A stretch of 64,000 bases of DNA from Candidatus Krumholzibacteriota bacterium. GTDB taxonomy: Bacteria; Krumholzibacteriota; Krumholzibacteriia; JAJRXK01. The stretch spans positions 34,554-98,553 of the forward strand of contig CAVXTH010000002.1 of NCBI GenBank assembly GCA_963764625.1. Reading direction: 5' to 3'. The position numbers and the translations under genes were made by a program. This document shows, one piece after another, positions 50,887 to 59,845 of the stretch. The notes beneath the pieces were generated by a model. That model did not search any database. It was not told the origin of the DNA and saw nothing but the letters and a program-made list of their open reading frames with translations. Within the stretch, counting starts at the first letter, position 1. Each line of letters begins with the position of its first letter.

Positions 50887-51240
50887 TTCGGGCTCCGACC
50901 ATACAGCCAACTCATTGCCGCCCGGCTCGATGAAGTGGAACCTTCGACCGCCTGGGAAGGAAAAGATTGGTTTGATCACCTTACCACCAGCGGCTTTGAC
51001 CTTGTTGAGTGTGCCTTCAAGGTTCTCACTGTAGAGGACGATGAGAGCGCTCCCGGTTTCGGTGCGGGCTGCCAAGTCAGACTTGAAGAAGCCGCCGTCT
51101 AATCCCTGATCGGAAAATGCGGCGTAGCCGGGGCCGTAATCCTGGAATGCCCAGCCGAATGCCTGCTCAAAGAAGCGCTTCGTCTCTGTGAGGTCACGGG
51201 ACGGATACTCAACGTAGCTGATCTTCTCATGTCGCGACAT
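50881..51240 (-). CDS. VOC/glyoxalase family protein (first gene after attI copy D)
   Basis: FFEQAFGW, FSFPGGRRFHFIEPGGNELAVWS. Confidence 0.9.
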   Translation of the reverse strand: MSRHEKISYVEYPSRDLTETKRFFEQAFGWAFQDYGPGYAAFSDQGLDGGFFKSDLAARTETGSALIVLYSENLEGTLNKVKAAGGKVIKPIFSFPGGRRFHFIEPGGNELAVWSEPEA

Positions 51241-51257
51241 GGTTTCCTCCTGAGACC

Positions 51258-51350
51258 TGCCTTGAATTCCACGGCCCCGTGCAAGGGGTTCACTACGAGT
51301 CATCCAGCGCCGGAAAGGATCCTTCGCCTCTCCAGGAGTCCGAGCAAGAC
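51258..51350 (-). other. attI-like module copy D (TAAC core deleted)
   Basis: gcc-ttgaattccacggccccgtgcaagggg..cactacgagtcatccag...gatccttcgcctctccagg...cgagcaag. Confidence 0.75.
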
Positions 51351-51463
51351 TGTGGCTCTTACGGCTCCATCCGATTGGCGTAGCGGGAAACACGTACGCG
51401 ATCACGCTGCTGCTCCGAATCATTTCACTTTTTGCGCAAGAAGGACGATTCCGTTGGACGCCT

Positions 51464-52144
51464 CTAACTTGCCGACTCGCTTTCTCGCGAAATCACAGGG
51501 GCAGTCCGATAGAATAGGCCTGCCAGCAAAACGCATACGACCAGGAACACACCGACGTAGCCTAGAATACCAATGTTTCGCACTTGCATGTTCCCGAGTA
51601 CAACGCCAATCAAACCGGCGAGCGCAAGCATCCCGCTAGCGATCATGGTCCCACGAACCCAAACCGCCAAACGACTTCCATTGAAGGCAGGAGCCGCAAA
51701 CAGCATTGAAAGAGCGAAGAAGAAGTCCCAGCCGAGTATGTCGAGCGAGTACACGACAGAAGGCCACTTGAACGACATGAACAAGGGCAACCACGACTGC
51801 TCCGCGAACGCGGGATGGCGGCTCAGTGTCAGAACGACGAAGTGCAGGCTACAGGTTAGGCTGGCAAGTACGCCCATGAAAATGACGGAAGTAAGACTGA
51901 GCGCCTTGATCGACCGCGGCGCCCAAGCGTGAACCACCACCATGAGTGCGACCATAGCCGGCATCATGACAATGATAAGGACCTCGAGAATCGTGAACAT
52001 CGGATCGCGGATCGGATCATCCGGCGATTCGAGCAACGCGAGACCGACAGCGAGCGTAGCTGCGTAAGCGACTAGCAGAACCGCCGTCGCAGCGGCCGAG
52101 AACATTCCGAGCCGACGAGCGGTTGCGGAAAACTCTATCGACAT
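51464..52144 (-). CDS. Multi-pass membrane protein cassette
   Basis: About six hydrophobic segments. Confidence 0.75.
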   Translation of the reverse strand: MSIEFSATARRLGMFSAAATAVLLVAYAATLAVGLALLESPDDPIRDPMFTILEVLIIVMMPAMVALMVVVHAWAPRSIKALSLTSVIFMGVLASLTCSLHFVVLTLSRHPAFAEQSWLPLFMSFKWPSVVYSLDILGWDFFFALSMLFAAPAFNGSRLAVWVRGTMIASGMLALAGLIGVVLGNMQVRNIGILGYVGVFLVVCVLLAGLFYRTAPVISRESESAS

Positions 52145-52172
52145 ACTGCCACTTCCTGCACTTTCATGTAGG

Positions 52173-52270
52173 CCTCAACGTTGTGCTTCACCTTCAGAGT
52201 CGGCTGCGCGATTGGTGCGCCAGCCCGAACCGTGACAGACGCGAGTATCGAGTGTAAGCACTTGTTATAC
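52173..52270 (-). repeat. attC
   Basis: cctcAAC..gtgcttcac...gtgtaagcac..GTTatac. Confidence 0.75.
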
Positions 52271-52301
52271 CCTCGATCGAATGCCTGCAAGTAGCCCGGG
52301 A

Positions 52302-52784
52302 CTATCTCGTCATCTCGTTGGCCGACCAGCTAATCGCTGCCAACTTCCACTTTCCTGAAATTTTTTGCCAAACACCCAGGTACTTACCGGCCGCCACGGT
52401 TCTTTCACCCGATATTTCGATCACCATTTGGCTTCTCCCATCGAGGAACGCCAAATCACCCGAGGACCCAACGATGATTGATTCAGGCGTTCCAGATATT
52501 TCAGTGAAGGGCAGCTTGAACCACTTGCTGTCATAAAACTGCCTGATGGCCTCGAGCCCCACTATTGGCGGAAAGCCCGGCGGCTGAAACACGGCTTGAG
52601 GTGCAATAAATTCCATGACACCGTCTAGATCCCGCGCCTCCTCAGCCTGTAATAGAGCCAGGTCAGCTTGACGGATATCCGCCGCTATCGTTTCAGTGTC
52701 AACTGAACTGCTCTTGAGATCGCCACAGCCACCTAAAGTCGCGGGGGCTACCAACAACAGGGCAAAAGCCAAATAACGGTTCAC
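52302..52784 (-). CDS. DUF4440/SnoaL-like lipoprotein
   Basis: Paralog of 4832-5314 with the same WSANEMTR end. Confidence 0.85.
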   Translation of the reverse strand: MNRYLAFALLLVAPATLGGCGDLKSSSVDTETIAADIRQADLALLQAEEARDLDGVMEFIAPQAVFQPPGFPPIVGLEAIRQFYDSKWFKLPFTEISGTPESIIVGSSGDLAFLDGRSQMVIEISGERTVAAGKYLGVWQKISGKWKLAAISWSANEMTR

Positions 52785-52826
52785 TCGTGCACCTTTCTTT
52801 GTCTTCTACGTTGCCTAGTTCCGTTG

Positions 52827-52890
52827 GTCTAACGCCGTCGATAAGCTGCGGGCGCCGAAGGCGACCGTCAGCTTTATCGGCTTGTTGGGC
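52827..52890 (-). repeat. attC
   Basis: gtctAAC..cgataagctg...cagctttatcg..GTTgggc. Confidence 0.9.
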
Positions 52891-53027
52891 TGCTGCACCG
52901 GAGCGCCTGGCGCGCGGCTCGGCCGGCGCGAGGCAACGCACACAGGAGTTTCATGGACCTCAGGTGCCATCCCAGGCAGCGCCCTGTCCCACGGAGCAGC
53001 TTCTTTCACCATCGGTCACGGCTCGAG

Positions 53028-53675
53028 TCACTCACGTTTTGTCAGCACGACATGAGTTGCCGCGGCGGTCGGGACATGAGTCGTGCACTCATAGCCCAAG
53101 GCAGTGAGATCGAGGCCGTATAAGAGATGCTCGCCGGAGCCGAGCAGCCTGGGTGAGATCGCTAGGTGTAGCTCGTCGATGAGTCTCGCCTCGAGGTACT
53201 GGCGGACCGTCGCTACGCCGCCGCTGATCTGCACGTCCTTGCCCTCCGCGGCCGCCACGGCGCTCTCCATCGCCTCGCGAATACCCTTAGTAACGAAGTG
53301 GTAGACCGTACCCCCTTCCATCTCGACCGACGGGCGGGCGTGATGCGTCAGCACGAAGACCGGGCCATGGTACGGGGGGTTCTTTCCCCACCAGCCGCGC
53401 CACGTGTCATCGGGCCAGGCACCTCGAATCGGGCCGAACATGTTACGGCCCATGATCCACGCACCGACGCCATCGCCAAATCGCCCAGCGAACTCGTCAT
53501 CGACGCCAGTGGTGCCGCCAGTCTCCCCGCCCATGCGCCGGAACGTATGCGTCGGGAAGAACCACTCGTGTAGCGCCTCCCCGCCGACGCCGAGGGGCTC
53601 CTCGCGACTCTGGCGCGGGCCGGCCCCGTAGCCGTCGATCGAGATCGCAAAGTTGTGCACGCGTACGCGAGCCAT
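53028..53675 (-). CDS. Dihydrofolate reductase-like (RibD C-terminal) protein (first gene after attI copy E)
   Basis: ISIDGYGAGP, MGRNMF, PVFVLTH, GGVATV. Confidence 0.88.
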   Translation of the reverse strand: MARVRVHNFAISIDGYGAGPRQSREEPLGVGGEALHEWFFPTHTFRRMGGETGGTTGVDDEFAGRFGDGVGAWIMGRNMFGPIRGAWPDDTWRGWWGKNPPYHGPVFVLTHHARPSVEMEGGTVYHFVTKGIREAMESAVAAAEGKDVQISGGVATVRQYLEARLIDELHLAISPRLLGSGEHLLYGLDLTALGYECTTHVPTAAATHVVLTKRE

Positions 53676-53759
53676 TTGTTCCTCCTGGGCAAGAAAGACG
53701 TCTGCCAAAGGGCGATAGGACGACGCACGTCGGGCCGAGCCCACCAAGAGTGTATAGCA

Positions 53760-53924
53760 GCCTAACGTAAATTCTACGGCCCCGCGTAAGGGGTCCGACT
53801 ACGAGTTATCCAGACCTGGTAATGATCCTACGCCTCCCCAGGGCACTGAACAAGCCCATGATCGCCAAGGGCTTATGGGGTGTAGATTTCGCTATTATCA
53901 CGCGCACCCTGACCCATCCAAGTG
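53760..53924 (-). other. attI-like module copy E with putative cassette promoter
   Basis: gcctAACgtaaattctacggccc...actacgagttatccag...tattatcacgc...acccatccaagtg; TTGGAT-16-GATAAT on minus strand. Confidence 0.85.
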
Positions 53925-53929
53925 ACTGG

Positions 53930-53989
53930 TCCGAACGCTCCGGTTCAGCGGTGGCGCGCAGCGGCGTCCGCTGCAGCCGGTTGTTCAAC
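53930..53989 (-). repeat. attC
   Basis: tccgAAC..ccggttcagcgg...ccgctgcagccgg..GTTcaac. Confidence 0.85.
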
Positions 53990-53994
53990 GGCTT

Positions 53995-55080
53995 TCACTG
54001 AGACTCCGCCCAGTCAGCTAGAGTGCGCGCCAGTTCGTGTCTGGATTCCGTCCACCGGTCAACGTTCGTGGCAAGAGCAACGACGGTGCCTGTGTCTACC
54101 CTGATGTAGAGGTACGCTGACCCTCCCACGGCCGTACCACCATGGAAGACCTCGCCGGGTCGATCGGACAGCCGAAAGCCAAGTCCGTAGGCCAAATCCG
54201 CCCCAGCACGAGTCTTCTGATGCTCGATCATTGCGGCCCAAGTCTCTTTCTTGAGCAACTTTCCGTTGAGCAGCGCCGAGCCAAAAGCCACAAGATCGCT
54301 TGGCGTGGCCACGAACCCACCGGCCGGATAGCGATCGCTCAGGTCGACGAACGGGGAGTTGGTCCAAGCACCGTCTTGCGCCTTGGAGTAGGCTCTAGCT
54401 CTATGCGGGACGATGTCCTCAGGCACATCAAGTCTCGTTTGCCTCATCCCAGCGACTTCGAGAATATTCGTCCGCACATAGCCACTGAATGACGCGCCAC
54501 TCGCTCCTTCCACGACGCAACCGAGCAGTACGTATCCGAAACTGCTGTACAGGTACTTTTCCCCCGGCTCCGCGGCCAGAGGGTCGTCCTTGAAGACGCC
54601 CAGTGCCTCATCAAGGGACCCATAGCGTTTGCTGCTAAGGAACTCCTCGCGGAAGCGCTGGTAGTTGTAGCCGCGGATGCCTCCGAGGTGCGCAAGCAAC
54701 AAGCGGGGCGTGATCGTCACACCTTTGTCAGGAAACGACGTGCAGTACGTTTGGACCGGTGCGTCGAGGTCCAGTCGTCCCCTCTCAGACAGTTGCATGA
54801 TCGCGGTGGCAGTGATGGTCTTTGAGACCGAGCCGATCCGGTACACGGTATTGATCGTCGCGGGGACGCTGTTCTCGACATCAGCGAGTCCGAAGGCGGC
54901 CGCGTACACTACAGCGCCGCGGCGGGCCACCGCCACCGACAACGATGGCAGTCGGTCTTGGGCCATGTGGGATGCAATGACGTTGGCCGGGTCCTGAGTC
55001 TGAGCTTTGGAAGGGACCGACCAAACGAGACATGCACCCACTACGAGTAGGCAATACCAAAATGTCCCCGCCAGCTTCAT
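53995..55080 (-). CDS. Serine hydrolase (beta-lactamase/PBP-like superfamily)
   Basis: GSVSK, YSS, HGG; signal peptide. Confidence 0.88.
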   Translation of the reverse strand: MKLAGTFWYCLLVVGACLVWSVPSKAQTQDPANVIASHMAQDRLPSLSVAVARRGAVVYAAAFGLADVENSVPATINTVYRIGSVSKTITATAIMQLSERGRLDLDAPVQTYCTSFPDKGVTITPRLLLAHLGGIRGYNYQRFREEFLSSKRYGSLDEALGVFKDDPLAAEPGEKYLYSSFGYVLLGCVVEGASGASFSGYVRTNILEVAGMRQTRLDVPEDIVPHRARAYSKAQDGAWTNSPFVDLSDRYPAGGFVATPSDLVAFGSALLNGKLLKKETWAAMIEHQKTRAGADLAYGLGFRLSDRPGEVFHGGTAVGGSAYLYIRVDTGTVVALATNVDRWTESRHELARTLADWAESQ

Positions 55081-55116
55081 GCGATGCCTCCGGGCACTCC
55101 TTTGCGGTACTCGTCC

Positions 55117-55248
55117 GTCGAACGAATTGGCGTTCTGCTGCGCGGCTGCGCGAAAGCGAGCATCCTTGATGCTGCCGCAGCCGCACCGATGAAGCAAGAA
55201 ACCGCCCTGTCGCCGCTCAGCCGCGTCTGCAGCAACGCCCGGTTAGGC
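55117..55248 (-). repeat. attC
   Basis: gtcgAAC..ggcgttctgc..cgcggctg...cagccgcg..gcagcaacgcc..GTTaggc. Confidence 0.8.
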
Positions 55249-55257
55249 AGCAACACG

Positions 55258-55458
55258 CTACTGCGGCCGCGACCGCCCTCGGAACCACCGCACCCCACTC
55301 CATGCAAAACCGACCCCGACCAACGCGAACCCACTTCCGGCGAGTGGTCGGAGTTGCCCCGTGACTCCGCCGGCTACTCCTACCACGATGAGCCCGAAAC
55401 CGCAGACCATCGCAATTACGGCTTGGGAAGTGTCCCGACTTCGAAACGCACCGGACAT
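55258..55458 (-). CDS. Small two-TM protein cassette
   Basis: Between two attC sites. Confidence 0.55.
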   Translation of the reverse strand: MSGAFRSRDTSQAVIAMVCGFGLIVVGVAGGVTGQLRPLAGSGFALVGVGFAWSGVRWFRGRSRPQ

Positions 55459-55478
55459 GGATATTCCCCAGGTTTGCC

Positions 55479-55610
55479 GCCTAACATTGTGCTCAGCGGC
55501 GCGGCCCTTGGCAGGCCAGGTGCTGCGCCCCCTCAAAACCTAGCCCCATGATGCCCCCGAAGCACCTGGCATGACAAGGTCCAAGCGTCCGCTGGAGCGG
55601 AGGGTTAGGG
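55479..55610 (-). repeat. attC (long family)
   Basis: gcctAAC..gctcagcgg...ccgctggagc..GTTaggg. Confidence 0.85.
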
Positions 55611-55641
55611 TTTCTGCCCACCGCGCCCCCGCCGCTGTCGC

Positions 55642-56109
55642 CTAGTTGAGCCGCTTGATGAGGGTTTCGGTGTGCGGCAGGAACCCAGCCGAATCCCAGA
55701 ACCCGCGAGCCACCGAATTCACCACGTCGACTTTGACTTCGATCTGACAGATTCCCTGGTCCCGGAGCCAAGCCTCGGCCGCCTTGTATAGCTGTTTGCC
55801 CACCCCCGCATTGCGATAACTGTCGCGGACCGCGATCTCCTGGAGGAACCCGTAGTTCTCGATCGTGATGATCGGCGGATAGTCCACCACCGCTGCGACG
55901 ACGTAACCCGCTATACATTCATCAGTTTCAGCTACGAGAACCCGAAATGCAGGGTCGATGAGCTTGCCGGAGATGTATTCGGCCCACCTTGCGGATGCAT
56001 CAGGGGCCCGGACAAACCCAGAGTCCAGAGCGCAGTGGTAGTCCATGAACTCGACCCAGAGTTCGACGAGTTCGTCCACGTCGTTTGGGTTAGCAGTTCG
56101 AACAATCAC
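55642..56109 (-). CDS. GNAT acetyltransferase
   Basis: IAVRDSYRNAGVGKQL, NSVARGFWDSAGF. Confidence 0.9.
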   Translation of the reverse strand: MIVRTANPNDVDELVELWVEFMDYHCALDSGFVRAPDASARWAEYISGKLIDPAFRVLVAETDECIAGYVVAAVVDYPPIITIENYGFLQEIAVRDSYRNAGVGKQLYKAAEAWLRDQGICQIEVKVDVVNSVARGFWDSAGFLPHTETLIKRLN

Positions 56110-56127
56110 TTTCCCTATTCCCAGGAA

Positions 56128-56189
56128 ACCTAACGTCGTGGCGATCAGCGGTGGCGCGCAGCGGCGTCCGCTGCATGCTGTTGCTAGCC
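56128..56189 (-). repeat. attC
   Basis: acctAAC..atcagcgg...ccgctgcat..gctagcc. Confidence 0.75.
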
Positions 56190-56834
56190 TGCCGCGATGG
56201 AAGTGAGCATCGCATACGTTGCCTCATCACGTCTCTCCACCAACCCAACTGTCGGATGGTAACGAAGCCCACTGTGTTTCATCCCTGCCGCACCCAGGGC
56301 GCGACGGGCATGAGCGGAAGCCAACCCGCGGTCCCCTCGGGCGTGCTGAATGAGGGCACGGGCACCCTCCGCGAGGTAGATACCTGCCGGGAATGCAATG
56401 CCATCTTCACGCGAGAACTCGTCGAGGACGCCTAAGGCCTCGTCGAAGAACTCGCGTTTGCCTGATACGGCAACCCACCAAGCAAATTCGAGGTGAGCGG
56501 TGGTGAGGTAGCTGGGCAGCCGACGCTGCTCGGCGAACGCTTCACGGTACGCGTCAATCGCTTCGGCATCGCGTTCAAGGTCACGGAGGCACTCGGCACG
56601 CTGCTGGTGGACAGATGCGCGCTGGGCATCTTCCATCCAGGACTCGACGATCAGGTCGAGCAGCTCCAGAGCTGCGCGAGCGTATCGTGCCCCGTCAGCC
56701 CTGTGCAATTCGTAAGCCTGGATCCGCGCGTACTGCGCCTTGTGGAATGGGGTGCGGCTCCGCCCGAGCCGTGCGAAGAACTCCCTTTGGTCGGCTTCCG
56801 TCCATGTGTGCCGTCGGAACCAGTCGTCGCTCAT
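56184..56834 (-). CDS. Hypothetical helical (TPR-like) protein cassette
   Basis: ORF between attC sites; AECLRDL..AEAIDAYREA. Confidence 0.75.
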   Translation of the reverse strand: MSDDWFRRHTWTEADQREFFARLGRSRTPFHKAQYARIQAYELHRADGARYARAALELLDLIVESWMEDAQRASVHQQRAECLRDLERDAEAIDAYREAFAEQRRLPSYLTTAHLEFAWWVAVSGKREFFDEALGVLDEFSREDGIAFPAGIYLAEGARALIQHARGDRGLASAHARRALGAAGMKHSGLRYHPTVGLVERRDEATYAMLTSIAAG

Positions 56835-56851
56835 GGCTCGCCTTCAGGGCA

Positions 56852-56915
56852 GACTAACGTTCAACATCAGCGGCGGGCCGCCCAGCGGACCGTCCGCTGC
56901 AACCGGTTGTTATGC
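56852..56915 (-). repeat. attC
   Basis: gactAAC..tcagcggcgg...ccgtccgctgca..GTTatgc. Confidence 0.85.
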
Positions 56916-56930
56916 GGCTAGCTTCCCAGG

Positions 56931-57407
56931 TCATATGTGTTGGTTCTTGTCAGGTGCGTACCGAGATAGCACCTTCCCCACGACAAGATCGAAGCTATGG
57001 CAGCCGCTGTCCATCGCCTCGCAGTATTCCGGCGAAAGCTTGGCTACACGCGCAATGTATTTCCCCTCAAGGTCGTCAATGTCGTAGATAAACCACTCTT
57101 TGGCCCTCACTCCAAGTCGATGCTCATGGGTGGCCTTCACGTACTTAGTACGCCAAAACGGCGCCAGGTCGTCGAACCGGTGGAGCCGGGTCACACGCCC
57201 CTCCCGCTTCGGGAGAAGGAGATCAGCACAAATGTTGAAGCCGCTGCTCTCAGGTGTGAGGCTGCTGGCCTCGCGCTTTTTCCCGTCGTTGTAAAAGGCA
57301 AAAAGAACGTTGCCGCCGAACATGACCACCGTCGTCAGAACGACGACGTAGAAGTACTGTCCGTCTTCTTCAATCTGCAACAAGTCGCCGATTCGTTGCT
57401 GGATCAT
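56931..57407 (-). CDS. Hypothetical protein cassette
   Basis: ORF between attC sites. Confidence 0.75.
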   Translation of the reverse strand: MIQQRIGDLLQIEEDGQYFYVVVLTTVVMFGGNVLFAFYNDGKKREASSLTPESSGFNICADLLLPKREGRVTRLHRFDDLAPFWRTKYVKATHEHRLGVRAKEWFIYDIDDLEGKYIARVAKLSPEYCEAMDSGCHSFDLVVGKVLSRYAPDKNQHI

Positions 57408-57437
57408 CGCCTCACCGAACGCCACGAGCCGGAAGCC

Positions 57438-57508
57438 GCAGAACGCTAGGTTAAGCCGCGCCGAACGAGCGCAGCGAGCGAGACGTCGGCTTGAACCGTT
57501 TGTTAGCC
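57438..57508 (-). repeat. attC
   Basis: gcagAAC..ggttaagccg...cggcttgaacc..GTTagcc. Confidence 0.85.
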
Positions 57509-57614
57509 GCCGTGTTCTTCGCGATTCATCTGCGGTCGATTTCCGGTACGGCGCTGGACGATCATTCCAACCGCCGCGCTGATGCGGCGACGTAACCCCG
57601 CCCCCGTAACGCCA

Positions 57615-58232
57615 TCATGATCGTCTGCGGCGAAGGCAGTAAAAGCGAGGGTGTGCTTTCTGCACAAAACGGGGTGCCCCGGTCAAATCGAATGCTTCTT
57701 CCTTGGTGATCGTCCATCCGTCATAAGCTTGTTCGATCTCCTCCCGACTGATGCCTCGCGGCAGGGGTCCTCTGCGACCCGGTGAGAACGCGTACATCAG
57801 GAGCGTGGCATCCTCGGCGGCCACCGCCGTGACCTCCCGGGTCACCGCCCGCACCTGCTCGGGCTGGAGACCGTGTACGACGCCAAAGTCCAGGATTAGG
57901 TGAAATCCCGAGCCGATGCCTGCGGCCGTGAGCGTCGTTATGCTCCCTTGAACGAATAGGACCTCCACACCGGCTCCACTTGCCCGTTTGCGGGCGGTGC
58001 GGACCGCCTTCGGCACGATATCGACGCCGGTTACCTTCCACCCTCGTTGAGCCAGGTGAACCGACCAAAACCCGGTGCCGCATCCGAGGTCGAGCGCGCG
58101 CCCGTAGGGTGGTTCTCTACCGCGCTCCTCTCGGTAAAGGAGCGCGACGGCCTGTTCGCCTATAGGAAGTGACGGCATCCGTTCCCATGGCGTCATGCCG
58201 ACCAGATACTGGAATTTGTAGAAAAGGCTCAT
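57615..58232 (-). CDS. Class I SAM methyltransferase (TPMT/TehB-like)
   Basis: TPWE, ALDLGCGTG, GVDI. Confidence 0.88.
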   Translation of the reverse strand: MSLFYKFQYLVGMTPWERMPSLPIGEQAVALLYREERGREPPYGRALDLGCGTGFWSVHLAQRGWKVTGVDIVPKAVRTARKRASGAGVEVLFVQGSITTLTAAGIGSGFHLILDFGVVHGLQPEQVRAVTREVTAVAAEDATLLMYAFSPGRRGPLPRGISREEIEQAYDGWTITKEEAFDLTGAPRFVQKAHPRFYCLRRRRS

Positions 58233-58256
58233 TCAATCTCCCGGTAACACCTTGGC

Positions 58257-58358
58257 GGCTAACGCCCGCGTATCAGCCGCGGGCGCCAGCCTGGCACGCC
58301 AGGTGCGACCGCAGCTGGCGTGACAGGCAAGCTCGTCGGCTGCATACGCTAGTTAGGG
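58257..58358 (-). repeat. attC
   Basis: ggctAAC..gcgtatcagccg...cggctgcatacgc..GTTaggg. Confidence 0.92.
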
Positions 58359-58402
58359 CCTGCGCAATCACCGCCCCTTGATAGCTGCACTGCCGGCGCG
58401 AG

Positions 58403-59080
58403 TCAGTGGCCATAGCGTCTGCTCCTGCCCCTGAAGCTGGCAAGAGCGTCCTCGCAATCAGCTCTGGTCAAGTCGTTGATGAACTTGTCGAAAAACTGGA
58501 GCTCGGCGTAGCCAGCCTGAAGCGGCAGGAAGTTGCTGATGCGACGCTCGCCGGACGTGCGAAGAACAAGATCCACAGGTTCCGGAACCCAGAGCCGCGA
58601 CAGCAGCCCATCAACTCCCTGCCGCGCAGCGGTCAGAAGCTCGTCAATAGGGCTATACCCTGCCAGCAGGTATAGCCGCCTCTCCTCATTAGATGGGAGC
58701 GCTTGCAGCTCACGGATGGCAGCAAGGTAGTCACGAGGAAGCAAGTCTGCATCCCCGGCCAGACGGACCTCACAGCGCCATTTCGCAACGAGGTCTCTCA
58801 GTAGCGTTCTGAAGAACTCAGTCTCTCCGTGAGACGCGGCCTCGAAGTCCGAAGGAGGACGAGACAGGTTCTCTTTGCTGAGCATGTAGATACTGAGAGC
58901 ATCTGCTCCGTTCTCATAGAAGAAGTCGACAAACGCGGCGACACTGGGAATGGCCGCGAGGTAGGCCTCCGCAAGCGGAACGCCATTCGACCGCGCCCAA
59001 CGCCTCACGCCATCACCTATTAAGCCCACATGGAAACCGCTGCCCTCGGTGGGGCTGTCAAGCGTCCGCAGATCCAACAC
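58403..59080 (-). CDS. Divergent cis-prenyltransferase (UppS-fold) protein
   Basis: HVGLIGDGVRRWA, LSKENLSR, DLVLRTSGERRISNFLP, RSRRYG; GTG start with GAGGAGG RBS. Confidence 0.88.
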   Translation of the reverse strand: MLDLRTLDSPTEGSGFHVGLIGDGVRRWARSNGVPLAEAYLAAIPSVAAFVDFFYENGADALSIYMLSKENLSRPPSDFEAASHGETEFFRTLLRDLVAKWRCEVRLAGDADLLPRDYLAAIRELQALPSNEERRLYLLAGYSPIDELLTAARQGVDGLLSRLWVPEPVDLVLRTSGERRISNFLPLQAGYAELQFFDKFINDLTRADCEDALASFRGRSRRYGH

Positions 59081-59699
59081 CGGATTCCTCCTCGTCTTCG
59101 TCCTCGAGCGCTGAGTGAGACTGCAAGACCCATACGATTAGCAGAAGGAGTGTCACCGCCATCAGGCTGAGCGAGACCCACAGGGCACCACGTTCCCATC
59201 CCAAGATTTCGTCGTCGCCCGACGGTTTCAGCTGAAGGAACAGGACGATACTTACGACGCTCAGGATGAAGGGAATCGCGTACCTGACGAAGGCCAGAGA
59301 GCGATAGAGGATAGCTCTCCATTTCCCGATTGTAAGGTGGCTTCGATAGAGGAATCGATCCCAGGTCCAAACAGAGTCACGCGGTTCCAGTCCTATCAGT
59401 GTGTTCACGCGAGGCCGAAGGACAGTGAATATGTAGACGGCTGCCGTGTAGACGATCACGTCGTGCCGGAGAATCAGCCATATGACAATGCAGTACATGA
59501 GAGGGAATGCCAGCAGCACGGCAGCCGCAGCGGGTTGAGAGACGCTGACGCCAAACGCCGTGAGCATTGCTCCTGCCAGAATCACAGAGAGGTGGGTGAG
59601 CTGCTCCTGCCTAGCTACACGCGCCTTGATCTCGTCTCGCAGGTCCCTGTACTCATCTCGGATCGCCTCCAGCTCTGCCCGGACCCGATCTGCACTCAC
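59058..59699 (-). CDS. Four-TM membrane protein with EYxxLRxEI N-terminal helix
   Basis: GTG start with GGAGGAGG RBS; four hydrophobic helices; 23-nt overlap with the next gene. Confidence 0.8.
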   Translation of the reverse strand: MSADRVRAELEAIRDEYRDLRDEIKARVARQEQLTHLSVILAGAMLTAFGVSVSQPAAAAVLLAFPLMYCIVIWLILRHDVIVYTAAVYIFTVLRPRVNTLIGLEPRDSVWTWDRFLYRSHLTIGKWRAILYRSLAFVRYAIPFILSVVSIVLFLQLKPSGDDEILGWERGALWVSLSLMAVTLLLLIVWVLQSHSALEDEDEEESGVGSADA

Positions 59700-59760
59700 T
59701 GGGCAACACCTCCTCCAGGAGTCCGGCGGGGAATGATGTTCGTGTCGTGATTGCGCATGG

Positions 59761-59845
59761 CCCTAACGTCGGCCATGACGCGCGAGGAATGGCGCAGAGC
59801 GAAGCGGCGCGCTATTCCTCGTCGCTGTCGATGGCTTTGTTGGCC
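59761..59845 (-). repeat. attC
   Basis: ccctAAC..gccatgac..cgaggaat...attcctcg..gtcgatggc..GTTggcc. Confidence 0.88.

Noticed and set aside
47145-55080. Beta-lactamase and trimethoprim resistance genes
   Set aside because: SxxK hydrolases lack class C YxN/KTG motifs; the DHFR-like genes are RibD-C type, not dfrA/dfrB
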